64,000 nt of DNA from Mobula hypostoma (GCF_963921235.1 NC_086108.1:57786001-57850000), one strand, 5' to 3'. Positions 25,250 through 39,132 are shown, counted from the first letter of the stretch. The notes: generated by a model not told the origin, from the letters alone. Translations and numbers: made by a program.

Positions 25250-26890
25250 AGGAGATTTCAAAGATTCAAAGTACATTTAATATCAAAGTATGCATGTAGT
25301 ATGCAGCCCTGAAATTCGTCTTCCTGCAGTTGAGTCAATTGAGGGCTAGATCTGTGATTCAGAATTCTACAAGAAGTCCAGGTATGACTTAAGGAAGGCT
25401 ATTGTAATAGTGAAAAGGCAACCCCAAGTGAAGCTAGAGACAGAGTCAGATGCATGACTGCTGTGGCAGGGTTTGTAAGATGAAACCTAACAGCATAAAT
25501 GGCAATGAGTTTCACTCCCTGATTAACACAATGCTTTTTATGCATGCATTGAAAAGGAGAATATCACTACACCTCTGTGGATCCCCACAGCACCTAGCAA
25601 CCCTGTGTCCTCTGCCTTAGTGGCTGATGTCAGAACAGCAACAAGTGGGTGAATCCTCGCAAGGCATCAGGCCTCAACGGTGTACATGACCGACACTGAA
25701 AACCTGTGCCGCCCAACTGGCTGAATTACTCAAGAACACCTTCAACCTCTTGCTGCTACAATCTGAAATTGCCACCTTCTTTAAAAGAGCAAAATTGTGT
25801 AGGGGTACAAGAAGAGCAGTGTGAGCTGCCCTAATGACTATTGCTCAGAGCATTCACTTCTGGTGTAATGAAATGCTTTGAGAGGTCGGTTGTAGTGAGA
25901 AGTAACTCCTGCCTGGGCAAGGACCTGGACCCGCTACAATTCACCTACCACCACCACAGGTCTACAGTGGATGCAATCTCACAGGGTCTCTGACCTGCTT
26001 TGGAGAATGTAAACAAGTCAAGATGTACGTCAGGCTGCTGTTAATTGTTTAGAGCCCAGTGCCGAAGTCTGCTCAGGATGCCCAAGCTATGACCTCAATT
26101 GGGGTTGCAGCTTCATTTTAGTTCTTTAAAAAATTTTTTGCGTTTGTGAGGATGGTTTTGGGAACAGAGAGGGTAGTTAGGGGTCAGGTTAGTGTTTATG
26201 GACTGAAATTTGGGGTCTTAGAGGACAAGCATAAATCTTATGTCTCTGGTCCACACTCGAAGGCAAACGATACAGATGTGAGACATCCACAGGCCAGGTT
26301 GGGATGTCCAGCCTGATACTGGATCAGCAGAACAGTGTGGATGAAGACTGGTGGCCCTCCACCCCCCCAGGGTCAGCGAGTTGTTGATGGGTTCCGGAGT
26401 TGGAGTTCTGTGTGGGCAGGAGGAACAAAGTCCGATGATTTCCTGGGTTTGCGAAATGGTGAGACCTGAGTTTGGGGTCCCATCATTGGTGAGTTTGGAG
26501 GTCGGAGCCTGGTGTTTGATCATCAGCGGGTCCTGGGGTCGGTGCTGACGATCTAGGCCTGAGATTTGAATTGGAACTCCGGATGTTGAGGCCTTGGGTC
26601 TACGAAACTTTGTGAGTCCGTTGGAGTAGTTGAAGGTCCGATGTCTGAGCCCAGTGCAAGTTGAAAACTGAAGAATATGAGCTATCCTGGGGTTAGAGGA
26701 CTTGTGTCTGTGCGTGGGTGGGAGGGGAGAACAGGGCTTCCTTTTCTGTTGTTGTTTTATTGCTTATGTTCTGTTCTACTGAGCATTGTGGGTATGCTAT
26801 GTTGGCACCGGTATATGCAACAACATTTAGGGGCTGTCACCAGCACAGTCTTGGGTGTGTTGGTTGTTAACAGAAACAATACATTTCACT
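25250..26890 (+). mobile_element. Decayed Rex1-like RT 5' part joined to an unclassified GC-richer repeat
   Basis: cgcaaggcatcaggcctcaacgg (KASGxxG) and aatgactattgc (NDY) remnants. The 26080-26890 portion is unassigned. Confidence 0.55.
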
Positions 26891-27615
26891 CTCATGAGAA
26901 ATTCTGCAGATGTTGGAAATGAAAAACAGCACATACAAAATACTGGAGGAACTCAACAGGTCAGGCAGCATCTATGGAAATGAATAAACAGCTGAAGCTT
27001 TGGGCCAAGCCCTTTCTTCAGGACTGGAAAGGAATTGAGATGATGACAGAATAAAAAGGTGGGGGGAAGGGAAAGAGGAAAGTTAGAAGGTGATAGGTGA
27101 AAGTAAGTGGGTAGGAAAGATAAAGGGCTGGAAAGGAAGGAATCTGATAGGAGAGGAGAGTGGACCACAGGAGAAAAGGAAGGGGGAAAGGTGATAGGCA
27201 GGTGAGAGGAGGTAAGAGGCCAAAGTGGGGAATAGAAGAAGAGGGAAGGGTGAGGGAATTTTTTTTAATGGAAGAAGAAATCAATATTCATGCCATTAGG
27301 TTGGAGGCTACCCAGGTGGAATGTGAGGTGTTGCTTCTCCACCCTGAGGGTGGCCTCATTGTGGCACAAGAGGAGGCCATGGACTGACATGTCAGAATGG
27401 GAATGGGATTGGAATTAAAATGTTTGGCGACTGGGACGTTGTGCTTTTGATGTTTGGAGTGTAGGTGCTCAATGAAGTGGTCCCCCAACTTATGGCAGGT
27501 CTCTTAATGAAGTGTCTTCCCCTTTTCTTTCCAGTCCTGAAGAAGGGTCTTAGACTGAAACTTCAACTGTATTCATTTCCATAGATGCTGGCTGATCTGT
27601 TCCTCCAGCATTTTG
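26890..27615. mobile_element. Older Penelope inverted doublet (minus arm about 26890-27500, short plus arm about 27520-27615)
   Basis: ORF 27288..27488 GDHFIEH..VAKHFNS. Flanked by AATACATTTCAC (26878-26889) and AATGCATTTCAC (27616-27627). Confidence 0.75.
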
Positions 27616-27659
27616 AATGCATTTCACCATATGTAAATATGATAAATAAATTTGAACCT

Positions 27660-28635
27660 TGAATCATTCCCTATATACTAATAAACAAGTTTCAAAAACT
27701 GGGCTTCTCTATCTCTCTCTGCAATTGTATTCTTGACTTTCTTACTGGGAGACCACAGTCAATGTGGATCAGAAACAACATCTCCTCCTCACTGACTAGC
27801 AACACCTCGAGAATGCATGATTAGTCCACTGCCCTACTCTATCTACTCTCATAAATTTATGACTGTTGGATACACATAGCTCAAAAGCCATCTATTAACT
27901 GGAGTTGTTGGTAGAATCTCTGGTGGTGTTGAGGCAGAGGTGAGGCAGATCAGTTGAGTGATCTCACAACAATCTTGCACTCTGTGTCAACAAGACCAAG
28001 GAACTGGTTGTGGACTTCAGGAAGGGGAAGTCAGGAGAGCACATACCAGTACTCATTGAGGGGTCAGCCTTGGAAAAACTTCAAGCTACTGGGTGTCCAC
28101 ATCTCTGAGGATCTATCCTGGGCCCAACATATCAATGCAATCACAAATAAAGGGCATACCAATTGCTCTACTTTGTCAGCGGTTTGAGGAGATTTGGTAC
28201 GTCACTAAAGACACTTGCAAATTTGTATAGGTGTATGTTGGAGAGTTTTGCATCAGACTGATGTGAAGTCTGGAATGCACAGAAACACATGTGGCTGCAG
28301 AGAAATGCAGACTTAGCCAGCTCCATCACAGGCAAAAACACTGCCATTGAGAACATCCATCACTGAGGATCTTCACCATCTGGGACATCCTCTTCTCATT
28401 ACTGCCATCAAAGAGGGTGTATCGAAGCCTAGAGACCCACACTCAATAATTCGGGAACAGCTTCTTTCCCTTTTCCATCAGATTTCTGAATGGTCCATGA
28501 ACCCATAAACGTTATTTAATTTGTCCTTTTCTTGCACTAATTATTAATTTTTTTGTAATTTATATTAACTTTAGATCTTTGCTCTGTACTGGTGCTGCAC
28601 AACAAGCATCATATATCAGTGATAATTGATTCTGA
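27660..28635 (+). mobile_element. Decayed Rex1/Babar fragment
   Basis: NFKLLGVHISEDLSWAQHI in ORF 27954..28187. Confidence 0.8.
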
Positions 28636-28719
28636 ATGTTGTAACTCATTGAAATGAGGATGTTTATGTTGTACAGGCGATTGAAGTTAAGTCAATGTTG
28701 CTTTGAAATATATTGTCAG

Positions 28720-28806
28720 AAAACTCTGGAGTCCTCGTCCCTTCTCTGAAAGCCGTGAATGCCGGGACACCACCTTTGCTGCTGATCTCTGGAGGCCCAC
28801 TTTCAG
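28720..28806 (+). other. GPATCH8: Candidate 87-nt in-frame cassette exon (ENSGVLVPSLKAVNAGTPPLLLISGGPLS) with alternative acceptor at 28677 and donor at 28840
   Basis: tattgtcag|AAAAC...TTCAG|gtcact, open in phase 1. Downstream strong donor GCT|gtaagt. Gene name rests on recalled isoform peptides and is unverified. Confidence 0.5.
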
Positions 28807-29679
28807 GTCACTTCCCCCTGTATTTTTCATTTTCTTTGCTGTAAGTGGGAAGAAATAGACCTCTGAATGACAGTAATGTTAGATATTCACTCAGTTAATA
28901 ACTTGCTTGTCAGACAGAGACTTAAGTTATAGAAAGATAAAGAATAATAGTAGTGGAGAATAGATAGAAAAGTGCATAGAAAAAGCATGGCTGTGTTTGC
29001 AGAATAAAATGTGTGAATTTATTTGAAGAGAACACCTAATTTAAGAGTGAGATGGAAAAGTGGTGTTCAACTGTGCAATTCAGATATTGTCTTCTGATAG
29101 TGTACCCTGGAGTATCCTTTAATATTCCCATTACTAATATCTCAGGTTCTCCTAGTCTTTGTTTCTTCATGACAGTAGTACGTTATTATTTTATCTTCAT
29201 TGTTCAGGAAGGGAATTTTTATGATGCGCCCTCACTTTTTTTAATATACCAAGAGAAGAATGTTTAAAAAATAAAAGCTTTTAAAGTTTCTGAACTATTA
29301 CCAACATATTTACAATTCTCAATATCTTCAGAAATGTGGTTGTTGTGCTGGGTGTTTAAATCTTAGAGCTGATATCTCCTATTACATGGCCACATCATAC
29401 TCAGTCAAGTCAATGAATAAAATGATAAAATTAAAATGATATTTGTGTTAATATTTATAAACATTAAATATTATGCATTTACCATGTCATATCAGAATCA
29501 GCACCTCCTAATGCTCCTTTATCACTGGAGTTGCTGCATCTTTCAAAGTTTGCTGTTTTGTATCCAGATATATTTTTTTCCTATTTAAAATGTCACACTT
29601 TAACTTATTGAGAAATTGTGATGGTGAAAGGTTTTAAGAATCAACTGTTGTGTGAGAACCCCAGGGAACAATCCCTGTA

Positions 29680-30545
29680 TAAACTGGTAATTGGTTTATT
29701 ATTGCCATATATTCTGAGATATTGTGAAAAGCTTTTATTTGCATGCCATTGAAGCAGTTCATTCCATGTGTAACCCTGTTAAGGTCACTCAAAAAGGGGG
29801 AAAAACCAATACAGAATATAGTGTTACATTTACAGAAACAATAGACAGGTAGACAAAAGAAGTGCAAGCATCATGATGAAATAGATTGAGAGATGAACAG
29901 TTCATCTTCATTGTATATACTCTTATGTTCAGGGTCTTAAAACATTGGGGTAGCCTAGTGATACATACTAGCAATCTTTGGTATCATTGGGGACATGCCG
30001 AATGTCCTTAGGAGATAGAGGCACTGATGTGTTTTCTTGGCTTTAACATCCATGTGTCTGCTTCAGGACAAATCGTTGGTGATATTTTCTCCAAAGAACT
30101 TTAAACTCTCAGTCATCTCCATCTTAGCACCACTGATCAGGACAAACCAATATATTCTGCTCTATTTCCTGAGGTCAATGACCAGCTCTTTTGTTTTGCT
30201 GACCTTGAGGGAGAGCGTGTTGTTTTTACATAATGCCACTAGGCTCTCTATTTCCTTCCTGGCTTCATCTTGTCATCGTTTGAGATCTGGCTGTGTATGG
30301 TGCTGTTATCTGCAAACTTGTGAATAGAGTCTGGTCACACAGTCACAAGGGTATAGGGAATAAATTAAGGGACTGAGGATGGAGCCTTGTAGGGCATTGG
30401 CTTTAAGGTGGTTTTGCTGCCTATCCTTACTGATTGTGCTCAGTTGGTCTGGAAGTCAAGGATCCAGTTGCAGGTGGGATACTAAGACCCAGGTCTAGGA
30501 GTTTGGAGATGAGTTTGTTTGGAATTAAAGTATTGTGGCTGTAGA
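29680..30545 (-). mobile_element. Decayed Rex1/Babar fragment
   Basis: NTLIPNKLISKLLDLGL in ORF 30427..30636, plus reverse-complement similarity to other Rex1 copies. Confidence 0.7.
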
Positions 30546-31729
30546 TACAATCAATAAATTGGAATCCACAAAACATGCAGAATCTCAATACAGCATAATT
30601 AATATTGAAGTGCTGTAAATGTAATACAAGACTCAATTACTTTTGATAGACCAAAAAGAAATACAACTAGCACATTTAAACATAATGAATATGGATCCAC
30701 AATTCCATCAGAAATTTTTGGCTGAGCATTGTTGAGAAATGCTAGCATTTCCACATAGAATGCTGGCATTTATTTTTGTAAGTGCCAGTAGTTTGGGATA
30801 TCTTCGTGAAATTTTAAAATTGTTAACTTACTGACCAAACTATCTGACCATAGAATCAGCTCTTTAGTTTTGTACAGGTTAGACATTACAGGCATTTCTT
30901 ATTTGGCTTATAACATTGACCTTAAGGAGAATTGGTGTAGCATCTGCACCATTGTAGTAACCTGATTTATTTGATTAGGTTCATGGAAGCATTGGAAAAA
31001 TACAAATGCTGTGCTAATTTTACTTTATTAATGCTCTGACTAAGTACGTGTATAACTGCATATTAAATGATTTTATCCTATTTTAACTCTTTATTGTTAC
31101 AGTTATACTCATTTTAAGTGCTATCCTTCACTTTAGCATTATCTCAGACATCACTGTCGTCCCCCAATATTACCTCTTGTGTACATCTTTAATTTTCCTG
31201 CCAGTATGCTCTTCCATCTCTTTGTAACTGTTTGGTTGTTAGAGTACACTGATTTTTAGCCAACTATTAGCAGAATAATTCTTTTTGTGCTTCATAATAT
31301 CCAAATGAACTCTATCCTTAATACTCAAGGATATTCGCTCTTTTCGGCACTATAATGTGTTCCTTAAGGACAGCTTTTCTGCTTGTTTCTTCCCCATTTT
31401 TTCTGCACACCTTATACTGAGGTAGGTGGAGCTGAGTCCATAATCATATCAGCCATCAGATTAGCTATGATCTTATTGAACGGCAGAGCAGGCATAACAA
31501 GTCAGATGGACTACTCCTGTTCCTATTTAGTGTCTCGGGCCTGCTTTTTTAAAAAAAAAGTCTTGACTTCAGCTCATACCTAATACGGCTACTTATACCT
31601 GCACCTTAATGACACTTATTGCAATATTAAATGTTTATGTGGAAGAATGTTAACAATAGTTTTATGGTATTCATGGTTGCCTAGAAATTTGACCAAATCA
31701 CCAATCCCCAACAATATATGGTAGAGCTA

Positions 31730-34700
31730 CTAGGACTTGACGTTTCAATCCGTATGGTAATTTGGCACTCTCGATGTTGACAGTGGGTTTGGAGTGGTGA
31801 CAAGGAGGGAGGGTAGGTACGTCATTGTGGTCATCAGGTGGGCACCCTCCTTCTTTGATGTTTTGTTGATAAGCCCACGACGTTTCCAGAGGGCTCAATG
31901 GTGCTACCTGGCGTCCCAGATACACCCCCCTCAGTTCCATACCCTCCTGTCTTCTTTTTCAGCCCAGTTGTTGTCTTTCCTTTTAATATCAATCCAGTTG
32001 CTGCTTTCTTCTGCTGCATTTGACAGGGACTTGATTGTTTGTTGGAGGGAGTGACCCCTCACCCCCATCTTCTTCAATAAACTGGTCGTAGATGTAGCAA
32101 CAAATCCCCTGCATCCCACTTCTACAGGGAAAATCTTGATCTTCCAGCCATTCTGGGCACCTTCAGTTGCCAGTTCAGAGTACTTGGTCTTTTTCCTCTC
32201 ATAAACTTCTTCGACACCATCTTCCCATGGTACTGTCAATTCCACAACATATGCCAGCTTGGCTGTTGTGGACCACCACAGGAACATGTCTGGCCAGAGT
32301 GTTGTAGCTGGAATGTGTGGGGGAAACACAAGCTTTTTTTCCAAGTCCACGTCCATTTTCCAGTCCCGAGCAACCTGCAGAATGCTTACATCTTTTGATG
32401 TTATACGGTGCTGTGGAGATTGGCCTGCTGGTACAAATCGTGTAATGTGGACATTTCCTGCCGATGTTTGTGGGAAAGCATTTGTAATGATTCGCCTCAG
32501 TTCCAAGATTGATGCCAGCTGTCTGAGAACTTGGTTATGCCGCCAAGTGTACCGTCCCTGGGTGAGGTTCGTGGTGCATCCTGTTAAAATGTGCCTTAGT
32601 AATCCAGGTGCTTGACAAAGAGAGCAAGCGGGGTCTTCTCCCCACCACTGGTTCAGGTTCTGGTGTGTGGGTAGGTCATAAGTGGCTCTGATGACAAAAC
32701 TTAGTCGAGATCCCTCCATCTCCCAGATGTCACGCCAGCTAAGTTTCCTCTTTTCCAGGCTCTCCCAATTAGTCCATTGGCCCTGCTTGGCCATTGAGAG
32801 AGCCCTGGCATTTCACTCTGCCTCCTCCTGTCTTCTCAACTCCTCCACCACGAGTTGTCTCTTCTGTACTGATGTTGCCTTGTGCCATTGAGGAGCCTTT
32901 GGGACAAGCCTGAGCCCGGCTCTCCCATGTTGGACTTGGCCAACCACATCCCTGAAGCGAAGAGTAGACTTAGCACTCTGAATGGCTTCAGATGGGGTTC
33001 ACTTTCTCCCCGTTGCCACATGGGGGCGGAGGGGGCCACTATACGAATAACAGTATCTTCAGATTCAGTGAGGGTCATGACCAACCTTGCTTTGGTGCAT
33101 TTGAATTCTTCCACAAGACTTGCAATTGGTAATTCCAATTTGCCGTTCCCATACAGTCCAACAGGACTTGAGCATCGTGGAAGTCCAAGCCACTGTTTTA
33201 CATGTGTGCTGATCATTCTTTCGAGCTTTTCAACCTTGCTGATGGGGATTTCATACACTGTTAAAGGCCACATGAGTCTTGGAGTATGCCGAACTGGAAG
33301 CACCACAGCTTGAGTTTTCCTGGCAGCAAGGTCTTGTTAATGTGAGCTATGTACATGATGGTATCCTTTTTTAAACTGCTCAGTGTCCTTGAGCTTAGCA
33401 TCATACCATCGGCCCAAGCTCTTCACTGGCATTTCTGAAGCAGTTGGGACAGGTGTCCCGTCAATCTGAAATCTTTTATCCGTGACTTGACCTTTGACAA
33501 TGGAGATGGTTCTGCACTTGCTGGACTTGATCTTCATCCTCGCCCATGTGGTGTTTTGATGAAGCTTTTCCAGAAGTCTCCTGGTGCAGGGGACAGTTGT
33601 CGTCAGTATTGTTATATCGTCCATATAGGCTCGTATCGGTGGTAACTGTTGACCAAACTGTAGCCTTTTTCCTCCCACAACCCATTTTGAGGGTCTGATA
33701 ATGAGCTCCATTGCCATAGTAAAGGCCAATGGGGAGATGGTGCACCCTGCCATGATGCCTACTTCCAGTGGTTGCCACGTTGTGGTGAAGTCTGATGTTG
33801 TGAGACAAACTTGCAGATCCTGGAAGTAGTGTTTTACCAGATTTGTTGTTGTTGCAGGCACCTGAAAGAATTCAAAAGCAGTCCACAGTAGGGAATGAGG
33901 AACTGATCCATAGGCATTGGCCAGGTCGAGGAACAAGACATGCAGATCCTTTCTTTCTTTCTTAACCATCTGGATTTGATGCCATATGACGCTGGTATGT
34001 TCAAGGCATCCCGAGAAGCCTGCTATGGCAGCCTTTTGGATTGACGTATCAATGAAATGGTTTTGTTTCAGATACTTTGTAAGTCTTTGCGCCAACATGG
34101 TGAAAAAGATCTTGCCCTCTATGTTCAGAAGGTTTATTTGGCGAAACTGCTCGATGGTGGACGAATTCTTATCTTTTGGGATCAGAACTCCCCCTGCTCT
34201 TCTCCAGGCTTTGGGGATAATTTGCTTTTCCCACACAACCCTCATGTTTTTCCACAGGAATTTCAGGATATCCGGGATGTTCTTGTAGACACAATACGGA
34301 ACACCGTTAGGGCCTGGCGCTGATGCCAATCTTGCCTTCTTCACTGCCTCTTTCACCTCGCTCAGCTTGGGAGGGCTGATGTTAAATTGATGTTGTGGGT
34401 GTGAGATTGGTGGGAGGTCAGCTGGGACAAGTATCAGTTCATCTTTTTGCTTATCAGTGTGGATGATTCTGAGATGTCTTTCAACCTCCTATTTTGATAC
34501 TTTCAAGTATCCGCTTTTCTCTTTTGTGAAAATGCCTTTCACATATTTAAAGGGATCTTTGTAGAAGTCTGTTTTTGCTTTTTCCTTTTTGTGTTGTTTG
34601 CTTAAATTCTCTGCTCTGCGCAGCTTCGAGAGCCTCTGTTTTAGGTCCTCTTGAAGGAGGTTGATGCTCTCCCTTTCTTCTGCTGTTGCTTTTTTCCACA

Positions 34701-35300
34701 ATTTGCTCAGGCCTCTTCTTTCTTTAACAAGTCGTTGGATTTCCTGGAGACGACGGGATTTGAGGGAGGAGGCATATCTTTCCTGCTGACTTGTTCCTTC
34801 ACTCCAAATTTCTCCTTTCTGTAGCTGTAGATCAGGTCACCCATCCTCTCCAACTTCTTTTCTGCTGATTCCTTGATGCCACTTAAGATCAGGCTTAAAT
34901 CTGCATTGATGGTTTCCCACTCCTTGCTGTTAAACTTTGGCCATTTCACCAACAGCTTATGTCCTTGCATGTTCTCCACTTTACGATGTGCCTGGCTGTG
35001 CCTGGCTGTGTCTTGGACTGCTGCTTGTGCCTGAAACTTCTCCCACATTCCGTAGGGTGCTGATACTCTGTGGACTGTGGGTTTCTTCCTGCCGCTGAGT
35101 TTCATCCGACTGATTTGACCTTCCTCTTGACAGAACCTGGTCAATGCGGGGCCCTGGGTTGGAGATTTTCAAGCATTTCTTCCGTCGTTGATGAATTTTT
35201 AGACCATGAGTTGATGTTACTTTAGTCCAGCCACATCTACAGGTCTGAAGAACATATCCTGCTGCTGCTTTCTCAAGAGTAGGAAGATAGTCATAAGTTG
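31730..35300 (-). mobile_element. Near-full-length RLE-type non-LTR retrotransposon (R2 group, HERO-like), frameshifted
   Basis: N-terminal CRCG..GLKIH..C zinc finger (34981..35322). RT with APGPNG, DLANAYGS, GIMAGCTISP, YMDD (33337..34356). CxxC..HILTGC, RHNQVL, PD..VELTVPWE..ERKKTKY endonuclease (31931..32794). Confidence 0.9.
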
Positions 35301-35939
35301 CTTCTATGCCTTTGAAGCACAAATTAAGTACAAACCATTTTGCTTTAAGTCAGATTGCATTTGCAGTCATTTTTGGTATGCTTAGGATCCATCAAGTATA
35401 TATTAGACGAACCACTTTGTGGCCATTTCCCCTTAACATGACAGTTATGAAGTGGCCATTTCCTCGATTATGGAGCTTCTGGGGAAAACTAATGATCCTC
35501 ACTATTCACTTTTGTTGGATTATGGTGTAGATTTGTTATTTTTTCTTGTATTTTCCTTGTAGTTTAACTCTCCTATGCTTATAATTTTTATGTAATTGCT
35601 TACATAACATATAATTGCTCAGTATATTCTCTGGCAGTTGTAGCATAGCAGAGCCTGCATTTTCTAGAAGCTTCTGTTTTCTGCAGCCACTTGAATTTGG
35701 CTATTTTGTAGGTTAATTGTTAACACTGTAATGTGTTGTTATCTGTACTCTGAGTATGAGATGACCATGACTTTTTCTTTGTTTTTTCATTGTTTTTTCT
35801 TTGTACATTTTTTGTTCTTGCTACACTTCATAAAATGGCCATAAGTTTTGTATCTCATTCTTAACTTCCAATGAACCTCTTGATCAATATCACCAGATCC
35901 AATACCTATTAGTGAGTTTGGGAATGAGGCGTTAATTAA

Positions 35940-36865
35940 AGTGTCTGTACAGTCTGATGACACCAAGAATGAGGGTAGAGTAGACAGCGAGAAAGACCAT
36001 CAGAGTTTGTCGCAGAATCTGGATCAGCTGGAAAAATGGGCTGAAAAATGGTGGATGGAATGTAATGCAGACAAGTGTGAGGTGCTACACTTTGGAAGGA
36101 CCATCCAGGGTAGGTCTTACATGGTGAGAAAGCAGACACTGAGGAGTGTGGTACAACAGAGGGATCTGTGAATACAGATCTATAATTCCTTGAAAGTGGT
36201 GACACAGGTTGATAGGGCTGTAAAGAAAGCTTTTGGCACATCGACCTTCTTAAATCAATGTATTGAGTACAGGAGTTGGGATGTTATGTTGAAATTGTAC
36301 AAGAGGTTAGTGAGGCCTCATTTGGAGTATTGTGTGCAGTTTTGGTCACATACCTACAGGAAAGATGTAAAGAAAGTTGAAAGGGTGCAGAGAAAATTTA
36401 CAAGGATGTTTCTGGGACTTGGGAATCTGAGAAATAAGGCAAAGTTAAATAGGTTAGAACTTTATTCCCTAGAACATAGAAGACTCAGGGGAGATTTGAT
36501 AGAAAGGTGTACAAAATTATGAAGGGTATAAATAAATCAGGTAAATGCAAGCAGACTTTTTCTACTGACATTGGGTGGGACTACAACTAGAAGTCGTGGG
36601 TTAATGGTGAAAGGTGAAATGTTTCGGGTGAACCTGAGGGGGAACTTCTTCACTCAGAGGGTGGTGTGTGTGTAGTGAGCTACCAGTGCATGTGGTGGAT
36701 GTGAGGTTGATTTCAACATTTCAGAGGATAGGTACGTGGATGAGAGGGGTATGGAGGGTTATGGTCTGTGTGCAGGTTGATGGGATTAGACAGATTAATG
36801 GTTTGACACAGACTAAATGAGCTGAAAGGCCTGTTTCTGTGCTGTAGTGTTGAATGACTCTATGA
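35940..36865 (+). mobile_element. CR1 LINE 3' portion
   Basis: ORFs 35941..36171 and 36190..36522 (RPHLEYCVQFW, RLRGDLIE), with a CR1 3' tail. Confidence 0.88.
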
Positions 36866-36869
36866 TTCG

Positions 36870-39132
36870 ATCAACATTTTGGACACAGCCGCTCCAGACC
36901 TCAGTGAGTCTTCATCATGCCGACCAATGGTTGGATCAGAGGTTCTTCCTTCATGATTACAGCTGAGTTCTATAAAAAATGTGAGTTGAGATCATTGCCC
37001 ACACCTTTCTGTGGTTTAGGGCCTTTCCTAACATTGTTGTTAGTTTGGCCAGATTATTTATGGGTGGCATGGTCTGAGCCAAAGAAGATGGCCATCCCTT
37101 TCTCTCCTTTGGTTTGCTCCTGTATCATGGCTGCCACGGAGAGAAATCTGTAAGTGCTGGTGTGCTTCCCATTAGTCGCAACCTTATGTGCTTAACACAA
37201 AGGTACTATATTCAACATATTTTAGTCTAGTTCAGCAAACCCTTTCTGAAGATTAATAGGTGTCAGCATCGCATACTGCACATATTAAACAGACAACGGC
37301 AAGTCTATGCTGTTACCATGCTTGCTTTGGTATGAACGCTAGGAAGTGCCAACTGCCTCGCAACTTCGATGGTGCTAGCGCATCAGGATGTCAGTGGTCT
37401 GTGAACACCATGGGATCCAGATGCCAGGGTCATCTACTGTTCATTACAGACGCCCTTTCAGGGCGACATCTCTTATGTGACATGGATGCTCAAGTGAGTG
37501 TGCTGCCAGCATCACCTGTGATCACACCCAACACACCTATTGCCATTACCGCTGATGCTTTGGACTAGGCTGTGGGTGCTGTGCATGAACAGTTGATTGG
37601 GGGCGTGTGGCAGCCAGGTGCTGCCTTCAGCTGGCAGTACCATGCCCCCAAAAGGAAGTACAGCAGGCTTGACCACGAACTTTGTGCTCTCTCACCTGGC
37701 TGGCTGCCCTTTTCATTTTCTTCCATAGTGCCACTATTTCACAGCACTTGTTGAGCAGAAACCCTTCATGCATGCGATGGTCAAGATACCAGACTCTTAG
37801 TCTGCATGGCAGCATGCCACCTGGCCTAAATATCCGGGTTCACAACGGATATGCAACATATCGAGGGGAAAAATAATGCTGTGGCTGATTGCCTCTCATG
37901 GCCAGCTGCTGAGGCCGTACACATTGGGGATTACTATATTGGCACGGCAGTTGACCAAGCTGCTGACCCAGAAGTCTGGGCTTGCCAAACACCAGTCAGG
38001 GGCCTATGGTTAGCTGACATTAAGTTCAGGGAAGCTGGTGCTTCCCTCCTGTGTGATGTCTGAACTGGTTGCCATTGCCCCATAGTGCCTGCAAACTGGA
38101 GGCGCGCTGTTTTTAACATTGCCTCTTGCATTCGGACTTCACGGAAACTGGTTACGTTAAAGTGTATGTGGCACATCTTGAGAAAGGATGTGGGTGATTG
38201 GAGTTCAGCCTGTGTTGAGTGCCAGTGGGTGAAAAGCCATCTTGGTCAGGGCCATTGGTACCTTTTGAGATCCCCGAGCAATGGTTTGACCATGTCAGTG
38301 TGGACCCGATTGATCCTCTTCCCCCGCCTCCTGTGGTTTCACGCACCTCCTTACCATGGTGGACTGTACCACCAGGTGGCCAGAGGTCGTCCATCTAGCA
38401 TCGATGATGGCCTCAGACATGGCTCGGGCGTTCATCAGCACCTGGGTTGCTCAATTTAGCACTCCATCTGATATTTCCTCTGACCACATTCCCAATTCAC
38501 AGCAGACCTGTGGACTGTGATGGCCCAGAACTCATGGCATACAGAACTCTTGGTTTCCTGTTGACCTATATTCTGACTCATTTGTTTTCGTCCACCATGA
38601 TGCACAACATCCTCTTAGGCCCCCTTATGACGGCCTGTTCCGGGTTTTGAACAGGGAGAGAAAGATCTTTGTCATAGGTAAAATGGATAAGCCTGATTGT
38701 ATTCCAGAAGAACGCCTTAAACCGGCCCGCCAAGATATGGACGATTTCGCTGCCATGCCCCTTGCATCATGACAGGACCATGAGCATGTCATCACAGCTC
38801 TGAATGAGCCAGAGGCTCCTGCTGTTCCTCCACCCATGGAACACAGGACCTGAGCTGGGTGGCTCGTCCAGGCTCCAGACAGGCTCACGATGCTGGTTTT
38901 AGTGAATTTTGGGGAAGCCTGTGCAGATGTAATGGGTGGAAACGTGCATAATTCGCAACCACCGACATAGAGTTGTGGTTCACTTTAGGAAGCTAGTCTG
39001 ACATGATGACTTAATTACGTGAAGTTTTTTTTTACCACATTTTATGCTCTGTGTTTGGAGGATAATAAAGGAATTGTTGCAGTTTCCCTTGAACTTAAAA
39101 CACCTCTGCTGTTTTATTTACAAAAACCTACA
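36870..39132 (+). mobile_element. Second decayed Gypsy element, internally deleted, with 3' LTR at about 38920-39132
   Basis: DxxAQVSVLP protease, IAITADA RNase H, HIEGKNNAVADCLS, PANWRRAVF, accaggtggccagag (TRWPE) integrase. Purine tract, then TGT...ACA. Confidence 0.82.

Noticed and set aside
31800..31900. CTGATGA and GAAAC in the RLE 3' UTR as a hammerhead
   Set aside because: The motif order and pairings do not give the three hammerhead stems. Kept only as a structured UTR.
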